A DNA stretch of 64,000 bases from an uncultured Chloroflexia bacterium (GTDB lineage: Bacteria; Chloroflexota; Limnocylindria; Limnocylindrales; CSP1-4). Below are positions 53,705 to 64,000 of the stretch, one piece after another (within the stretch, counting starts at the first letter, position 1; every line of letters begins with the position of its first letter). The notes under the pieces are model-generated. The model saw only the letters and a list, made by a program, of their open reading frames with translations, did no database searches and was not told the origin of the DNA. Where the stretch lies: assembly GCA_963704145.1 (NCBI GenBank), contig CAVPHB010000006.1, positions 686,624 through 750,623 of the forward strand. The letters run 5' to 3'. The position numbers and the translations under genes were made by a program.

Positions 53705-55687
53705 GTGACTGACGCTACCCTGCCCGGTTCGATGAGCCAGCCCGAGATCGACGACCTGATGTCGGAGCGGCACCGCTTCCCGCCGGATCCGCGCTTCGTG
53801 GCCCAGGCCAACGCCGGTTCGGAGCTGTACGAGGAAGCAGAGCGCGACTACGTCGCGTTCTGGGAGCGTCTGGCCCGCGAGCGCCTGAGCTGGGAAACGC
53901 CGTTCGAGACCACTCTCGAATGGGAGCTGCCGTTTGCCAAGTGGTTCGTCGGGGGGCGGCTCAACGTGAGTTACAACTGCGTCGATCGGCACGTCGAGCG
54001 CGGCTTGGGCGACAAGGTCGCCTACCACTGGATCGGTGAGCCGGGTGACGAGCGGAAGCTGACCTACGCTGATCTGCAGCAAGAGGTGGCCAAGGCGGCT
54101 AACGCGCTGCTCGAGCTCGGCGTGAAGACCGGCGACCGGGTTGCGATCTACATGCCGATGATTCCCGAGCTACCCATCGCGATGCTCGCCTGCGCGCGCA
54201 TCGGCGCGCCGCACACGGTCGTGTTCGGCGGCTTCAGCGCCGAGGCCCTGGCCGACCGGATCAATGACGCGCAGGCCAAGCTGCTGATCACCGCCGACGG
54301 CGGCTGGCGGCGGGGCAAGCCGGCCAACCTCAAGACCGCCGCAGACGAAGCCGTGGCGCAGACCACCACGGTCGAGCACGTGCTGGTCGTGCGCCGCGTG
54401 GGCGATGCCGGCGTGGTGCCCATGCAGCCCAGTCGCGACGTGTGGTGGCACGACATCGTCGACCGCCAGAGCGCCGACTGCCCGCCCGTGCCGGTCGATT
54501 CAGAGCACCTGCTCTACGTGCTGTACACGTCGGGCACGACGGCCAAGCCCAAGGGCATCATCCACACCAGCGCCGGCTACCTGCTCGGGGCGAGCGTCAC
54601 CCACGAGATGGTGTTCGACGTCAAGCCAGACGATGTCTACTGGTGCGCCGCCGACATCGGCTGGGTGACCGGGCACTCGTACATCGTGTACGGGCCGCTG
54701 GCCAACGGCGCTACGAGCGTGATCTACGAGGGCACGCCCGATACGCCCGCCTGGGATCGCTGGTGGCAGATCGTCGAGGACCTCAAGGTCACCATCATGT
54801 ACACGGCGCCGACTGCTATCCGCGCGTTCATGAAGCAGGGTGCCGAGCTCCCGGCCAAGCACGATCTGTCCAGCCTGCGCCTGCTCGGCAGCGTCGGCGA
54901 GCCGATCAACCCGGAGGCGTGGCTGTGGTACCACCACAACATCGGCGGCGGGCAGGCGCCGATCGTCGACACGTGGTGGCAGACCGAGACGGGCATGATC
55001 ATGATCACGCCGTTGCCCGGCGTCACGACCACCAAGCCGGGCAGCGCCACGTTCCCCTTCCCGGGCATCGGCGCCGACGTCGTCGATGACGCGGGCAACC
55101 CTGTCCCGCTGGGCGGTGCTGGCTACCTGGTGCTCACTCGGCCGTGGCCGGGGATGCTGCGTGGCATCTACGGCGATCCGGAGCGCTACAGGGACACCTA
55201 TTGGAGCCGTTTCCCGGGCAAGTACTTCGCCGGCGACGGCGCTCGGCGCGACGAGGACGGCTACCTCTGGCTGCTCGGCCGTGTCGACGACGTGATGAAC
55301 GTGTCGGGCCACCGCATCTCGACGATCGAGGTCGAGTCGGCGCTGGTCAGCCATCCGTCGGTCGCCGAGGCGGCCGTGGTCGGCCGGCACGACCCGGTCA
55401 GCGGGCAGGCGATCTTTGCCTTCGTCAGCCTGCGCACGGGCTTCCAGGCGTCGGACGAGCTGGGCAAGGAGCTGCGTGAGCACGTCGCTCGGGTCATCGG
55501 GGCAATCGCCAAGCCGAAGTACCTGCTCTTCACGGCCGACCTGCCCAAGACCCGCTCGGGCAAGATCATGCGCCGCCTGCTGCGCGACATCGGCGAGGGG
55601 CGCGCCCTGGGCGACACGACGACGCTGGCCGACACGGCCGTGATCGAGACGATCCGCGAGCGTTCCGGGGCAGCGACCGAGGAGTAA
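53705..55687 (+). CDS. acs: Acetate--CoA ligase
   Basis: [50 protein letters not shown]. Confidence 0.96.
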   Translation: MTDATLPGSMSQPEIDDLMSERHRFPPDPRFVAQANAGSELYEEAERDYVAFWERLARERLSWETPFETTLEWELPFAKWFVGGRLNVSYNCVDRHVERGLGDKVAYHWIGEPGDERKLTYADLQQEVAKAANALLELGVKTGDRVAIYMPMIPELPIAMLACARIGAPHTVVFGGFSAEALADRINDAQAKLLITADGGWRRGKPANLKTAADEAVAQTTTVEHVLVVRRVGDAGVVPMQPSRDVWWHDIVDRQSADCPPVPVDSEHLLYVLYTSGTTAKPKGIIHTSAGYLLGASVTHEMVFDVKPDDVYWCAADIGWVTGHSYIVYGPLANGATSVIYEGTPDTPAWDRWWQIVEDLKVTIMYTAPTAIRAFMKQGAELPAKHDLSSLRLLGSVGEPINPEAWLWYHHNIGGGQAPIVDTWWQTETGMIMITPLPGVTTTKPGSATFPFPGIGADVVDDAGNPVPLGGAGYLVLTRPWPGMLRGIYGDPERYRDTYWSRFPGKYFAGDGARRDEDGYLWLLGRVDDVMNVSGHRISTIEVESALVSHPSVAEAAVVGRHDPVSGQAIFAFVSLRTGFQASDELGKELREHVARVIGAIAKPKYLLFTADLPKTRSGKIMRRLLRDIGEGRALGDTTTLADTAVIETIRERSGAATEE

Positions 55688-55867
55688 CCCGACCCGCCGG
55701 GCCGGGCCCGGCCGCCACGCCGTCGGACGGAACGACGTCCGACCGTGGACATTCGGCCCACGGTCACCGCTGCTGACACGAAGCTGAGCCGCCACGGTAC
55801 GAACTCGCCGCGGACTGCGGCCTGAGGTCGCGTTCGCGCTTCGACGCCTGCCGGTTACGATCTGTCA

Positions 55868-56904
55868 ATGACCGAGGGGACAGTCGACCTGCGCGGCCGG
55901 CCGCTGCACGACCTGCGCATCTCGGTCACCGACCGCTGCAACTTCCGCTGCACGTACTGCATGCCGCGCGAGGTCTACGGCCGCGACTACGCCTTCCTAC
56001 CGCGGGCGGAGCTGCTGACGTTCGAGGAGATCCGTCGCCTGGCCGGGCTGTTCGTGCCGCTCGGCGTACGCAAGCTGCGCCTGACCGGCGGCGAGCCGCT
56101 GCTCCGGCGCGACCTGCCCGTGCTGGTCAGGTTGCTGGCCGATCTGCCCGGGGTCGATGACATCACGCTGACCACCAACGGCGCGCTCCTGGCCCGCCAC
56201 GCCCAGGCGCTGGCCGACGCGGGCCTCGACCAGAATCAGCGTCAGCCTCGACTCGCTCAACGACGCCACGTTCGCGCGGATGAACGACGTGGGCTTCCCG
56301 GTCGGCACCGTGCTCGACGGGATACGTGCCGCGGACGAGGCCGGCCTGCGCCCGATCAAGGTCAACATGGTCGTGCGGCGCGGGTTCAACGAGGACGACG
56401 TGCTGCCCATGGCGCGGCACATGCGCGAGCGCGGGCACATCCTGCGCCTGATCGAGTACATGGACGTGGGCCACACCAACGGCTGGCGGATGGACGACGT
56501 GGTGCCCGCCGCCGAGGTCCTGGCCAGCATCGACGCGGCCGATGCCGCTGGCGCCACTGCCGCCTACCTACGCCGGCGAGGTGGCCAACCGCTGGGCCTA
56601 CCGTGACGGGTCGGGCGAGGTCGGCGTGATCGCCTCGGTCACGCAGCCGTTCTGCGCCGACTGCACCCGTGCGCGACTGACGGCCGACGGCCAGCTGTAC
56701 ACGTGCCTGTTCTCCAGCACCGGCCACGATGTGCGTGAGCCGCTGCGCATGGGCGCTTCGGATGCCGAGCTGTCGGCCCGGATTGCCGCCGTCTGGCGCG
56801 CGCGCGACGACCGCTATTCCGAGCTGCGCTCGCTGGCCACGCTCGGTCCCGCGGCCGCGCTGGCCGACCCACAGCGCATCGAGATGTCGCGCATCGGCGG
56901 CTGA
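55868..56904 (+). CDS. moaA: GTP 3',8-cyclase MoaA, frameshifted
   Basis: [35 protein letters not shown]...YTCLF, C-terminal MSRIGG. Confidence 0.94.
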
Positions 56905-57094
56905 TCGCTGCGCGCCCGGCCAATCGGCGGCGCGCCAGTTGCCCGGAGTGCCGAAAATACCTGCCCGCACGTCGCTGCGGCCGCTATGCTGACCACCAGA
57001 CCACCGACCGCAAGCGCGAGAGTGGCAAGTGGCTGGTCGGCTGGTGACCACGCTCGGCTAACGCCGCGCGCGCGAGACCACAGGAGGAGAGAGA

Positions 57095-57778
57095 GTGACG
57101 ACGGAACAACCCGAGCAGGGCGGCCAGACGCCGCCGGCCGGACAGCAGCCGCCTCAGGCCTGGCAGTCGACCCCCCAGCCGCCGCCGCCGGCGGCGCCGC
57201 CGGCCGGCAGCGGGATGCCGTCATGGACGGCGAACATCACCGCGCAGGGGACCATGCCCGGCCCGGGCGGCGTAGCCCTGGCTGATACGCCCAACCGGAT
57301 CATCGCCGCGGTGATCGACTTCATCATCCTGGGCATCGTCGGCTTCGTCGTGAACATGCTCACGACGTCGATCCTGGGCGACAACTGGCTCGGCGGCATC
57401 TTCGGTCTCGGCGGCTACAAGGTGCCGTCGCTGCTCAGCAGCCTGGCCTCGGTCGCGCTGATGCTCGGTGCCAGCGGCGCCTACTTCGTCTACATGTGGA
57501 GCCGCATGGGCGGTGCCACCGTCGGCATGAGGTTCCTCAAGCTGAGCGTCCGCGACGCCTCGAGCGGCGGACCGATCAGCCAGGGCCAGGCGATCAACCG
57601 CTGGCTGCTGCTAGGCGCACCGTACGCCCTCACCTTCATGTACGGCTGGGGCATCGGCTTCATCATCAGCCTGGGCGCGCTGGTGTGGTACATCTACCTG
57701 CTCTACACCATGGCGCAGAGCCCTACCCGCCAGGGTATGCACGACACGTACGCCAAGACGGTCGTCGCCAAGGGCTGA
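57095..57778 (+). CDS. RDD family membrane protein with Pro-rich N-terminus
   Basis: NRIIAAVID, GATVGM, RQGMHD. Confidence 0.85.
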   Translation: MTTEQPEQGGQTPPAGQQPPQAWQSTPQPPPPAAPPAGSGMPSWTANITAQGTMPGPGGVALADTPNRIIAAVIDFIILGIVGFVVNMLTTSILGDNWLGGIFGLGGYKVPSLLSSLASVALMLGASGAYFVYMWSRMGGATVGMRFLKLSVRDASSGGPISQGQAINRWLLLGAPYALTFMYGWGIGFIISLGALVWYIYLLYTMAQSPTRQGMHDTYAKTVVAKG

Positions 57779-57821
57779 CCCAATCCGGCCGCCGATGGTG
57801 CGGCCCAGGACGCTGAACGAG

Positions 57822-57856
57822 AGGGCCCCGTCCGGTTGGACGGGGCCCTTCTCCTT
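57822..57856 (+). terminator. Intrinsic terminator-like hairpin after the RDD gene
   Basis: AGGGCCCCGTCC-GGTT-GGACGGGGCCCT followed by a pyrimidine run. Confidence 0.7.
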
Positions 57857-57978
57857 GCCCGCGCCACCGTTGTGCGCGGATTGCGCGCGGAGGGGACATT
57901 TCCACAACCCGTCCACAGCGGCGGTGGATTCTGTGGACGGCCGAGACCAGGAATTCCTTCATTACGTGGATAAGCACG

Positions 57979-58007
57979 TTGACGCTGTCGGCCGGGGGCC
58001 GTAACGT
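57979..58007 (+). promoter_or_regulatory. Candidate sigma70 promoter
   Basis: TTGACG-N17-TAACGT. Confidence 0.55.
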
Positions 58008-58156
58008 AGTCCTTGCTCGGAGGGGCCCTGGGACACTCGGACGCTGAGATCACATCAACTGCGTAAGGAGGCTCGGCTGGCTTCTCCGGGCGTTTCCTTG
58101 TGTCCGGCGCTTCCGTCTGTCGGGGCGCCCCGCGGTGCTCTATCTTCGGCGGACCC

Positions 58157-59008
58157 ATGACTGCCGCTGACCCCGTCCGCTTCTCTGATCGCCTTGACCA
58201 GCTCGAGGCGGCCGTTCGCGTGCTCAGCCCGCTCGTCCCGCGGCTCGGCATCGTGCTCGGTTCCGGGTTGGGCAGCCTGGCCGACTCCCTTGACGGTGCC
58301 GTCGCGGTGCCCTTCGCGCAGCTGCCCGGCTGGCCGCCGGCCTCCGCGCCGGGCCACGCCGGTCGCTTGTTGCTCGGCCGGCTGGATGGCCTACCGGTCG
58401 TGTGTCTGCAGGGCCGGCTGCACATGTACGAGGGCAACAGCGAGCGGCTGGTGGTCGAGCCGGTACTGCTGATGGGCCGCCTGGGCGCGCGGGCGCTGTT
58501 GCTGACCAATGCTGCGGGCGGCGTGAATGCGGGGTACCCAGCGGGGACACTGATGCTCATCGCCGACCATCTCAACCTGACCGGCCGCAGTCCGCTCATG
58601 GGCCCCAACGATGACCGCCTTGGGCCGCGCTTCCCAGACCTGGTCGATGCCTACAGCCCGCGCCTGCGGGCCCTGATGCGCCGCGCCGCGGCAGAGGAGG
58701 GGCTGATCCTCGAAGAGGGCGTCTACGCCGGCCTGACCGGCCCGACCTTCGAGACGCCGGCCGAGGTGCGCATGCTGCGCACGCTGGGTGCCGACGCGGT
58801 GGGCATGTCGACCGTGCTCGAGGCAATCGCCGCCCGCTGGGCCGGCATCGAGGTATGCGGGGTCTCGCTGGTCACCAATCCCGGCGCCGGAGTCACCGGC
58901 CTGCCGCTCAGCCATGAAGAGGTGCTGGCGGCCGCGGCGGAGGCCGGCCCCCGCTTCAGCGCGCTGGTTCGCCGCTTCGTCCGGCTGCTCGATGCGCCCG
59001 TCAAGTAG
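58157..59008 (+). CDS. Purine-nucleoside phosphorylase (trimeric, inosine/guanosine type)
   Basis: IVLGSGLG, GHAG, QGRLHMYEG, TNAAGG, GPTFETPAE, VGMSTVLE, SLVTN, SHEEV. Confidence 0.93.
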   Translation: MTAADPVRFSDRLDQLEAAVRVLSPLVPRLGIVLGSGLGSLADSLDGAVAVPFAQLPGWPPASAPGHAGRLLLGRLDGLPVVCLQGRLHMYEGNSERLVVEPVLLMGRLGARALLLTNAAGGVNAGYPAGTLMLIADHLNLTGRSPLMGPNDDRLGPRFPDLVDAYSPRLRALMRRAAAEEGLILEEGVYAGLTGPTFETPAEVRMLRTLGADAVGMSTVLEAIAARWAGIEVCGVSLVTNPGAGVTGLPLSHEEVLAAAAEAGPRFSALVRRFVRLLDAPVK

Positions 59009-59051
59009 ATCGCGCCCCGGGCCGGATCTCAGCTCTTACGGGGATGCCGAC

Positions 59052-59642
59052 CTAGCCTAGGTTGCCTGGGGCCCGCCAAGGCGGGTCGGGTGGCCGACGA
59101 GCATACGAAACCTCCAAGACCTCGGTTCCGCCCTGCTGCCTCCATTCCTGCCAGACCGGCTCGTACCCCGCAGCAGCGGCCTTTTGCGCATCCTCGGCGA
59201 ATTGACGCAACGCCTCAGACCGTGTTGGCCCCCAGTACTGAGCTCGCTCAGCGCCGGTCGGTTGGCCAAAGGCAGGCCCGTAGCGGTTATGCCCCGGCGT
59301 GCTCGCCAGCAGCGTGAAGATCAGAACGACGAACGCACCGACGTATGGGAGAAAGATGATCAGCAGCCACCAGCCCGACTTGTCGCTGTCATGCAGACGG
59401 CGCACCGTGACGGCGAGCGTGGGGATTAGCGTGGCGATCCAGAACACCACCAGCGCGATGACAGCGAGTCCGAAGAGGCCGTAGCTCCTGGTGGCTATCG
59501 CCAGGAGGGCAGTAACGAAGTAACCCGCCAGGATGACCAGGATCACGAAGAGCTGAAACCACCAGTACTCAGACCGTGAAGCGCGCCCGTCGAACTTGGC
59601 GTAATTGCGATAGACCGACCGGACTGCCTCGGTGAACGACAC
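59052..59642 (-). CDS. DUF805 family membrane protein
   Basis: FDGRASRSEYWW, VRRLHDSDKSGW, NRYGP. Confidence 0.88.
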   Translation of the reverse strand: MSFTEAVRSVYRNYAKFDGRASRSEYWWFQLFVILVILAGYFVTALLAIATRSYGLFGLAVIALVVFWIATLIPTLAVTVRRLHDSDKSGWWLLIIFLPYVGAFVVLIFTLLASTPGHNRYGPAFGQPTGAERAQYWGPTRSEALRQFAEDAQKAAAAGYEPVWQEWRQQGGTEVLEVSYARRPPDPPWRAPGNLG

Positions 59643-59722
59643 GTCGCCACTCCTTCACGCCCCGCGTGGGGGACACGCGGCTCCGGTGAGCAGTATGAGG
59701 TCCGGGCGACCCGAAGGAACGG

Positions 59723-60613
59723 CTAGAGCGTCGGCAGCTCCCGGCCGGCGGCCTTGGCCGCGGTCTTCTTCTCTGCCCACGCGGCGAGGACGTTGTCCTT
59801 GTGCGGCCGGATGGGGCAGTGCTCGTCGCGGTTGCGGTCCTCGTCGCAGTAGCCGAGGGGCACGCACTTGGGGGCCAGGAACGAGCCCAGGAAGGGCGAG
59901 ACCGAGAAGACCTCGTGCCGGATCAGCTGGAACAGCCGGCGGATTTCCCACTGCGCCATGGTGCACAGGCGCAGCCCGGACATGTGGATCAGCGCGCGCA
60001 GGTTGGTGGTCATGATCAGGTTGGTGCGCGTGGCATTGGGCATCACGAAGCGCGCGTCCTCGCCCGGGATGCCGGCCTCGAGCATCTCGCCGTAGAAGGC
60101 GAGCGAGTCATCCATCTCCGCCACGAACCGCTCGCGCAGCTCGGGTGGCGCATCCTGGAGTGAGCCGGGGACCATGTACGACGGGTGCTTGTAGTTGAGG
60201 TAGCGCTGCGATTGCTGGTCGAAGGCCACACCGGCGCGGTGGCGCACGAGCTGGTGCGACAGGGTGCGCGTGACGCCGCTGATGGCGAACGTGAAGACGA
60301 TGTGCTCGATGGTCGAGCCGTGGCCCGATTCGATCACCCGCCGGATAAGGTCCTGCTGCTTCTCGGTCGCCACCTGGCCGGTCGTGGCACGCTCGAAGAT
60401 GTCCTCTGGCAGCAGCTCGCTGTAGCACGTCCGGCAGGCCGTGTAGATCAACGGCAGGTAGTACTGCTGCGCGATCTCACGCGTTGGGAAGAGCAGCGTC
60501 GCGCGCATGCCCAGCTCGCGCGTGGCCGGGCTGCGCGGGGTCTGTGAGGCGGCCGCGGCAGACGCTTCCTGGGCCGGCGCGGAACCGGGAGCGGACGCGG
60601 GTTGGGCAGCCAT
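59723..60613 (-). CDS. thyX: FAD-dependent thymidylate synthase
   Basis: GHGSTIEH, SHQLVRHR...QQSQRY, EDARFVMPNA, RLC..AQWEIR. Confidence 0.93.
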   Translation of the reverse strand: MAAQPASAPGSAPAQEASAAAASQTPRSPATRELGMRATLLFPTREIAQQYYLPLIYTACRTCYSELLPEDIFERATTGQVATEKQQDLIRRVIESGHGSTIEHIVFTFAISGVTRTLSHQLVRHRAGVAFDQQSQRYLNYKHPSYMVPGSLQDAPPELRERFVAEMDDSLAFYGEMLEAGIPGEDARFVMPNATRTNLIMTTNLRALIHMSGLRLCTMAQWEIRRLFQLIRHEVFSVSPFLGSFLAPKCVPLGYCDEDRNRDEHCPIRPHKDNVLAAWAEKKTAAKAAGRELPTL

Positions 60614-60665
60614 GGGCTGCCTAGATTACGCGGTCCGCCAGATCGACGGATGGGCCGTCAGGGAA

Positions 60666-61478
60666 TCAGCGGATGCCGGTGTCGTATTCGAGGACCAGCC
60701 CGACCGAGTCGCCGCCGACGGCGGCAAACGCCACCGCCTGCGCCGTGCCCATGAGGCCTTCGACCGGCTGGGCCTCGACGTAGTACGCGCCGGCGGGGAC
60801 GCGGAAGCTGACCTTGCCCTGGGCGTCAGATGTCGCGCGCGCCAGCTCGAGCCCGTCGCCATCGCGCAGGACGACTTCGGCGTTGGCCACCGAACGCGGA
60901 GCGCAATCGGGATTGGGCGGGGCCTGCTCGACCGGGCAGATCGGGCCGGCGGTGAGCGTCACGTTGACCGTTACCGGCGTGCCGTCCCCGTTGGGTGCCG
61001 AGATCTCGACGTCGTCGCCCTCGTCGCCGACGAGCGTGATCGTGCCCCCCAGATCGACCTGATACGTCCAGGTATGGCGATCGATGCAGCCCGCCTGGCA
61101 GTCACCCGAGCCCATCGTGATCGCGACCGAGTAGCCACCGTCCGCGGCGAACGCCTCGTACCACGCCGACTGCCCGACCATGTCCGACCGCAGCGGGGTC
61201 ATCCGCGCATAGCGCGGATCGGAGGCGAACACGAGCGCGGCGGCGCGCGCCGGCGAGTCTACGCTGCTCGACGGTCGGGGGGTGGGCGTCGCGGTCGGCG
61301 CCGGTGTGGGCGTGGGCACCGTGGTCGGAACAGGCGCCGGGGTCGGCGTCGGGGTGGGCGTCGAGATCGGGGTCGGGGAGGGTGGTACCGGCGTCGAGCC
61401 GCCTGAGCCACAGGCGATGGCCAGCACGCCGGCCAGAACGAGGAAGGCCGGGGCGGAAAGGCGCATTGATCGGATCAT
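60666..61478 (-). CDS. Pro/Thr-rich lipoprotein with a C-terminal carboxypeptidase-regulatory-like beta domain
   Basis: Lipobox LAIAC, (PT)n linker, GSGDCQAGCID, GPICPVE, TSDAQG..F.VPAGAY. Confidence 0.7.
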   Translation of the reverse strand: MIRSMRLSAPAFLVLAGVLAIACGSGGSTPVPPSPTPISTPTPTPTPAPVPTTVPTPTPAPTATPTPRPSSSVDSPARAAALVFASDPRYARMTPLRSDMVGQSAWYEAFAADGGYSVAITMGSGDCQAGCIDRHTWTYQVDLGGTITLVGDEGDDVEISAPNGDGTPVTVNVTLTAGPICPVEQAPPNPDCAPRSVANAEVVLRDGDGLELARATSDAQGKVSFRVPAGAYYVEAQPVEGLMGTAQAVAFAAVGGDSVGLVLEYDTGIR

Positions 61479-61541
61479 GGTCTGACGACGCTGGGTCGCT
61501 GGCGCGAGTTCCGGTTTGCGGCGCTGTGGCATGCTGGCCCC

Positions 61542-62102
61542 ATGATGATGCGTCGACTCCTTGGCCTGGGCGACGGTCCCGCAGAGCCTAGCGCGGGCAG
61601 CGCCGGAGCCGCCGATGCCGCGGAGACTGAGACTGTCCGCCGCATCGTGCGCGAGCTGGAGCAAGTTGAACCAGAGCGGCGGCGCCACCTGGCCGGCTTC
61701 GCCTACGTCCTGAGTCGGGCCGCGCACGCCGATCTCGACGTCTCCGCCGACGAGACGCGCCTCATGGAGCGCATCGTGACCGACATCGGTGGCCTGCCTG
61801 AGGCCCAGGCCGTGCTGGTGGTCGAGATCGCCAAGAACCAGACCAAGTTGTACGGCGGCACCGAGGATTTCCTGGTCACGCGCGAATTTGCCGCGCGGAC
61901 GACCAACGAGCAGCGCTGCGCGGCGGTCGAGGCGTGTTTCGCGGTGGTCGCGGCAGACCACTCGATCAGCGCCGAGGAGTACGCCGAGCTGACCCAGATC
62001 GCCGATGAGCTGGGCCTGACTCGGGCCGAGCTGAACGTCATCCGGCGCGACTATCGCGATCACCTGGCGGCCATCCAGCAGATGCGCCGCGCGGGCAGCT
62101 GA
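61542..62102 (+). CDS. TerB family (tellurite-resistance-like) protein
   Basis: RAAHADLDVSADE, VVAADHSISAEE...IADELGL. Confidence 0.82.
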   Translation: MMMRRLLGLGDGPAEPSAGSAGAADAAETETVRRIVRELEQVEPERRRHLAGFAYVLSRAAHADLDVSADETRLMERIVTDIGGLPEAQAVLVVEIAKNQTKLYGGTEDFLVTREFAARTTNEQRCAAVEACFAVVAADHSISAEEYAELTQIADELGLTRAELNVIRRDYRDHLAAIQQMRRAGS

Positions 62103-62155
62103 TCGCCGCTGCGGCCTGAGCCCGCGCCACCCCGAACGCCCGCGGCGGCGCCGGG

Positions 62156-62875
62156 TCACGCGCTCGGTTCGGCCGCGCTGCTGTCAGGCTGGAACAGGTA
62201 GCGGTAGGCCAGCGCCGCGATGGCCGCGCCGCCCAGCGGGCCGATGATCCAGACGAAGCCGTTGTCCCACAGTCCGGTCACGGCCGCCGGGCCGAACCAG
62301 CGCGCCGGATTCATCGCTGCCCCGGTCAGCGGTCCACCCATCAGGATGTCGACGGCGACGGCGAAGCCGATCGCCAGCCCGCCGATCTTGGGACCACGCG
62401 GGTCGATCGCCGTCCCGAACACGGCGATGAGCAGGAGAACGGTCAGGACCGCCTCGACCAGGATGCCGGCTAGCGGGTCAATGCCCGAGCCGAGCGCCGG
62501 CGTGCCCAGCGTTGCCGAAACCGTCGTCGGAAAGACCAGCCGGAGCGACCACGCTGCGAGCAGGCCGCCGATGAGCTGGGCGACAACGTATGAGAGGCCG
62601 CGCTGCCCGGGCATCTTGCCGGCCAGCCAGACGCCGAACGTGACCGCCGGGTTGAAGTGGCCGCCGCTGACCGCGCCGAGGGCGCTGACGAGCACTGCCA
62701 GCACGATGCCATGCGCGAGAGCGACGACGAGCAGGCCGGCCGGGTCAGTGCCCGCCACGCCCATCCGGTCGAGGTTGGCCACCGCGCCGATGCCGACAAA
62801 GAAGAACAGGAACGTGCCGGCCATCTCGGCGATGACGGGCGTTGCCGCGCGACGATCCATCCAGCCGCTGAACAT
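62156..62875 (-). CDS. MIP family channel (aquaporin)
   Basis: AEMAGT, SGGHFNPAVT, GAAMNPARWFGP, WIIGPLGG. Confidence 0.93.
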   Translation of the reverse strand: MFSGWMDRRAATPVIAEMAGTFLFFFVGIGAVANLDRMGVAGTDPAGLLVVALAHGIVLAVLVSALGAVSGGHFNPAVTFGVWLAGKMPGQRGLSYVVAQLIGGLLAAWSLRLVFPTTVSATLGTPALGSGIDPLAGILVEAVLTVLLLIAVFGTAIDPRGPKIGGLAIGFAVAVDILMGGPLTGAAMNPARWFGPAAVTGLWDNGFVWIIGPLGGAAIAALAYRYLFQPDSSAAEPSA

Positions 62876-62935
62876 TCTTCTCCCTCCTTGCGATCGCTTG
62901 CCATACTACCCATGGTCAATCGTCACGGAGAGGTC

Positions 62936-63856
62936 ATGGCACTGGTCCGCGCGCCCGCGCGATCCGCGGCGCATCCACATCGCTCGCGCCGGCCGTTGCG
63001 CACCGAGGATCGCATCCTCCGGCTGCGCGACGGGCGTCGGCTGGGCTACGCCGAATCGGGCGATCCCGATGGCCGGCCGGTCTTCTTCCTGCACGGCTTC
63101 GGCACCACGCGCGTCGTATGCCCGTCGGACGAACCGGCACGCGAGCTGGGCATCCGCCTGATCGCGGTCGACCGGCCGGGCATCGGGCTGTCCGAGTCCA
63201 GTCCCGGACGGCAGCTGCTCGACTGGCCGGCCGACCTGGTCCAGCTGGCCGATCGGCTGGAGCTCGAGTCGTTCGCCATGGTCGGTTGGTCGGGCGGCGG
63301 CCCGTCCGCGCTCGCCTGCGCTCACGTGATGCCCGGGCGCGTCAGCGGCGTGGCCCTGGTCAGCTCCCCGGCGCCCCTCGCGGGCATCTCCGAGACCGCC
63401 TATCTGCGGCGATTCGACCGCCACGCGGTCCGCGCCGCCGGCCGCGCCCCGTGGGTCATCCGTCTCGCGCTGTGGCATTGGGGCCGGGGGCAGCGTCGCG
63501 ACGCCGAAGGCTTCTTCGAGCGATCGGTGGCCGAGATGTGCGCCGCCGATCAGGCCGTGCTGGCCGAGCCGGAGCTGCGCGGCCGGATGATCGCCAACTC
63601 GACCGAGCTCTACCGCCAGGGCGGCCGGGGCATGTACGACGAGGCGCTGGTGCTGGCCCGACCGTGGGGCTTCGAGCTGTCCGAGCTGCGCGTGCCGGTC
63701 GACGTCTGGCATGGCTCGCTCGACGAGACCGTGCCGCTGGGTATGGCTACCCACCTGGCCGAGGCGATCCCCACCGCGCGGCTGCGGCTGTTCCCGGACG
63801 AGGGTCACCACTTGCTCTACAGCCACTGGCCAAGGATCCTCGCCGCGCTCGACTAG
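62936..63856 (+). CDS. Alpha/beta hydrolase
   Basis: LHG, DRPGIG.S, GWSGG nucleophile elbow, WHGSLD, EGH. Confidence 0.9.
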   Translation: MALVRAPARSAAHPHRSRRPLRTEDRILRLRDGRRLGYAESGDPDGRPVFFLHGFGTTRVVCPSDEPARELGIRLIAVDRPGIGLSESSPGRQLLDWPADLVQLADRLELESFAMVGWSGGGPSALACAHVMPGRVSGVALVSSPAPLAGISETAYLRRFDRHAVRAAGRAPWVIRLALWHWGRGQRRDAEGFFERSVAEMCAADQAVLAEPELRGRMIANSTELYRQGGRGMYDEALVLARPWGFELSELRVPVDVWHGSLDETVPLGMATHLAEAIPTARLRLFPDEGHHLLYSHWPRILAALD

Positions 63857-63882
63857 TGGACTGACCGCCCTCGCCCGAGCAC

Positions 63883-64000
63883 TCAGCCGATCGGCCCGTT
63901 GTCGAGGGTCGAGGTGGCCCTCACCTCGGTCGCCTTCGATGGGCGATCATCGAACCAGTGGACCTGACCGGCCGGCCACCAATTCCGACCGACACCAACG
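63883..64000 (-). CDS. Possible 3' end of a CDS entering from outside the window
   Basis: Open frame ...VGRNWWPAGQVHWFDD...GPIG* ending at TGA 63883; no family recognised. Confidence 0.3.
   Translation of the reverse strand, partial: VGVGRNWWPAGQVHWFDDRPSKATEVRATSTLDNGPIG

Noticed and set aside
55690-55867. Moco riboswitch upstream of moaA
   Set aside because: No recognisable consensus by eye; an Rfam scan would be needed.
56934-57046. Further palindromic element between moaA and the RDD gene (GCCAGTTGCC...GGCAAGTGGC)
   Set aside because: Imperfect, single copy in the window and does not match the triad spacing, so support is insufficient.
57898-57973. Chromosomal oriC
   Set aside because: Boxes are imperfect, there is no AT-rich unwinding element and no dnaA/dnaN nearby. 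Kept only as a possible regulatory site.

Overview
GC-rich (about 70% by eye) bacterial chromosomal segment with mostly housekeeping genes. Gene content suggests Chloroflexota (Limnocylindria/Ellin6529-like), which is an inference. Many genes, including essential ones, carry single-base frameshifts typical of unpolished long-read assembly, so they are annotated as intact CDS across frame breaks. In order: FAD oxidoreductase/SRPBCC/SDR; a GcvT-like aminomethyltransferase divergent from two phytoene-dehydrogenase-like flavoproteins; a STAND-type class III cyclase; surE, AI-2E, trpS; a long thrC-thrB-birA-ECF sigma-accD-accA-(BCCP-like)-accC-fabZ-phosphoesterase-fabF-accB-fabH-fabG run; a sulfated glycopolymer locus (cysC, three sulfotransferases, WecB/TagA, LCP, gmd/rmd, GGDEF, sugar dehydrogenase, GT4); polX, mgtE, a TPR protein, a degenerate methylase-nuclease-like protein, DUF885, acs, moaA, PNP, thyX and an aquaporin. 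No rRNA, tRNA, CRISPR array or transposase was found. The two most notable observations are: (1) an XRE-HTH + PD-(D/E)XK nuclease gene bracketed on both sides by a 135-bp element made of three palindromic modules at 51-bp spacing, with two orphan copies elsewhere in the window; and (2) a lysine-less BCCP paralog, resembling plant BADC proteins, lying between accA and accC.
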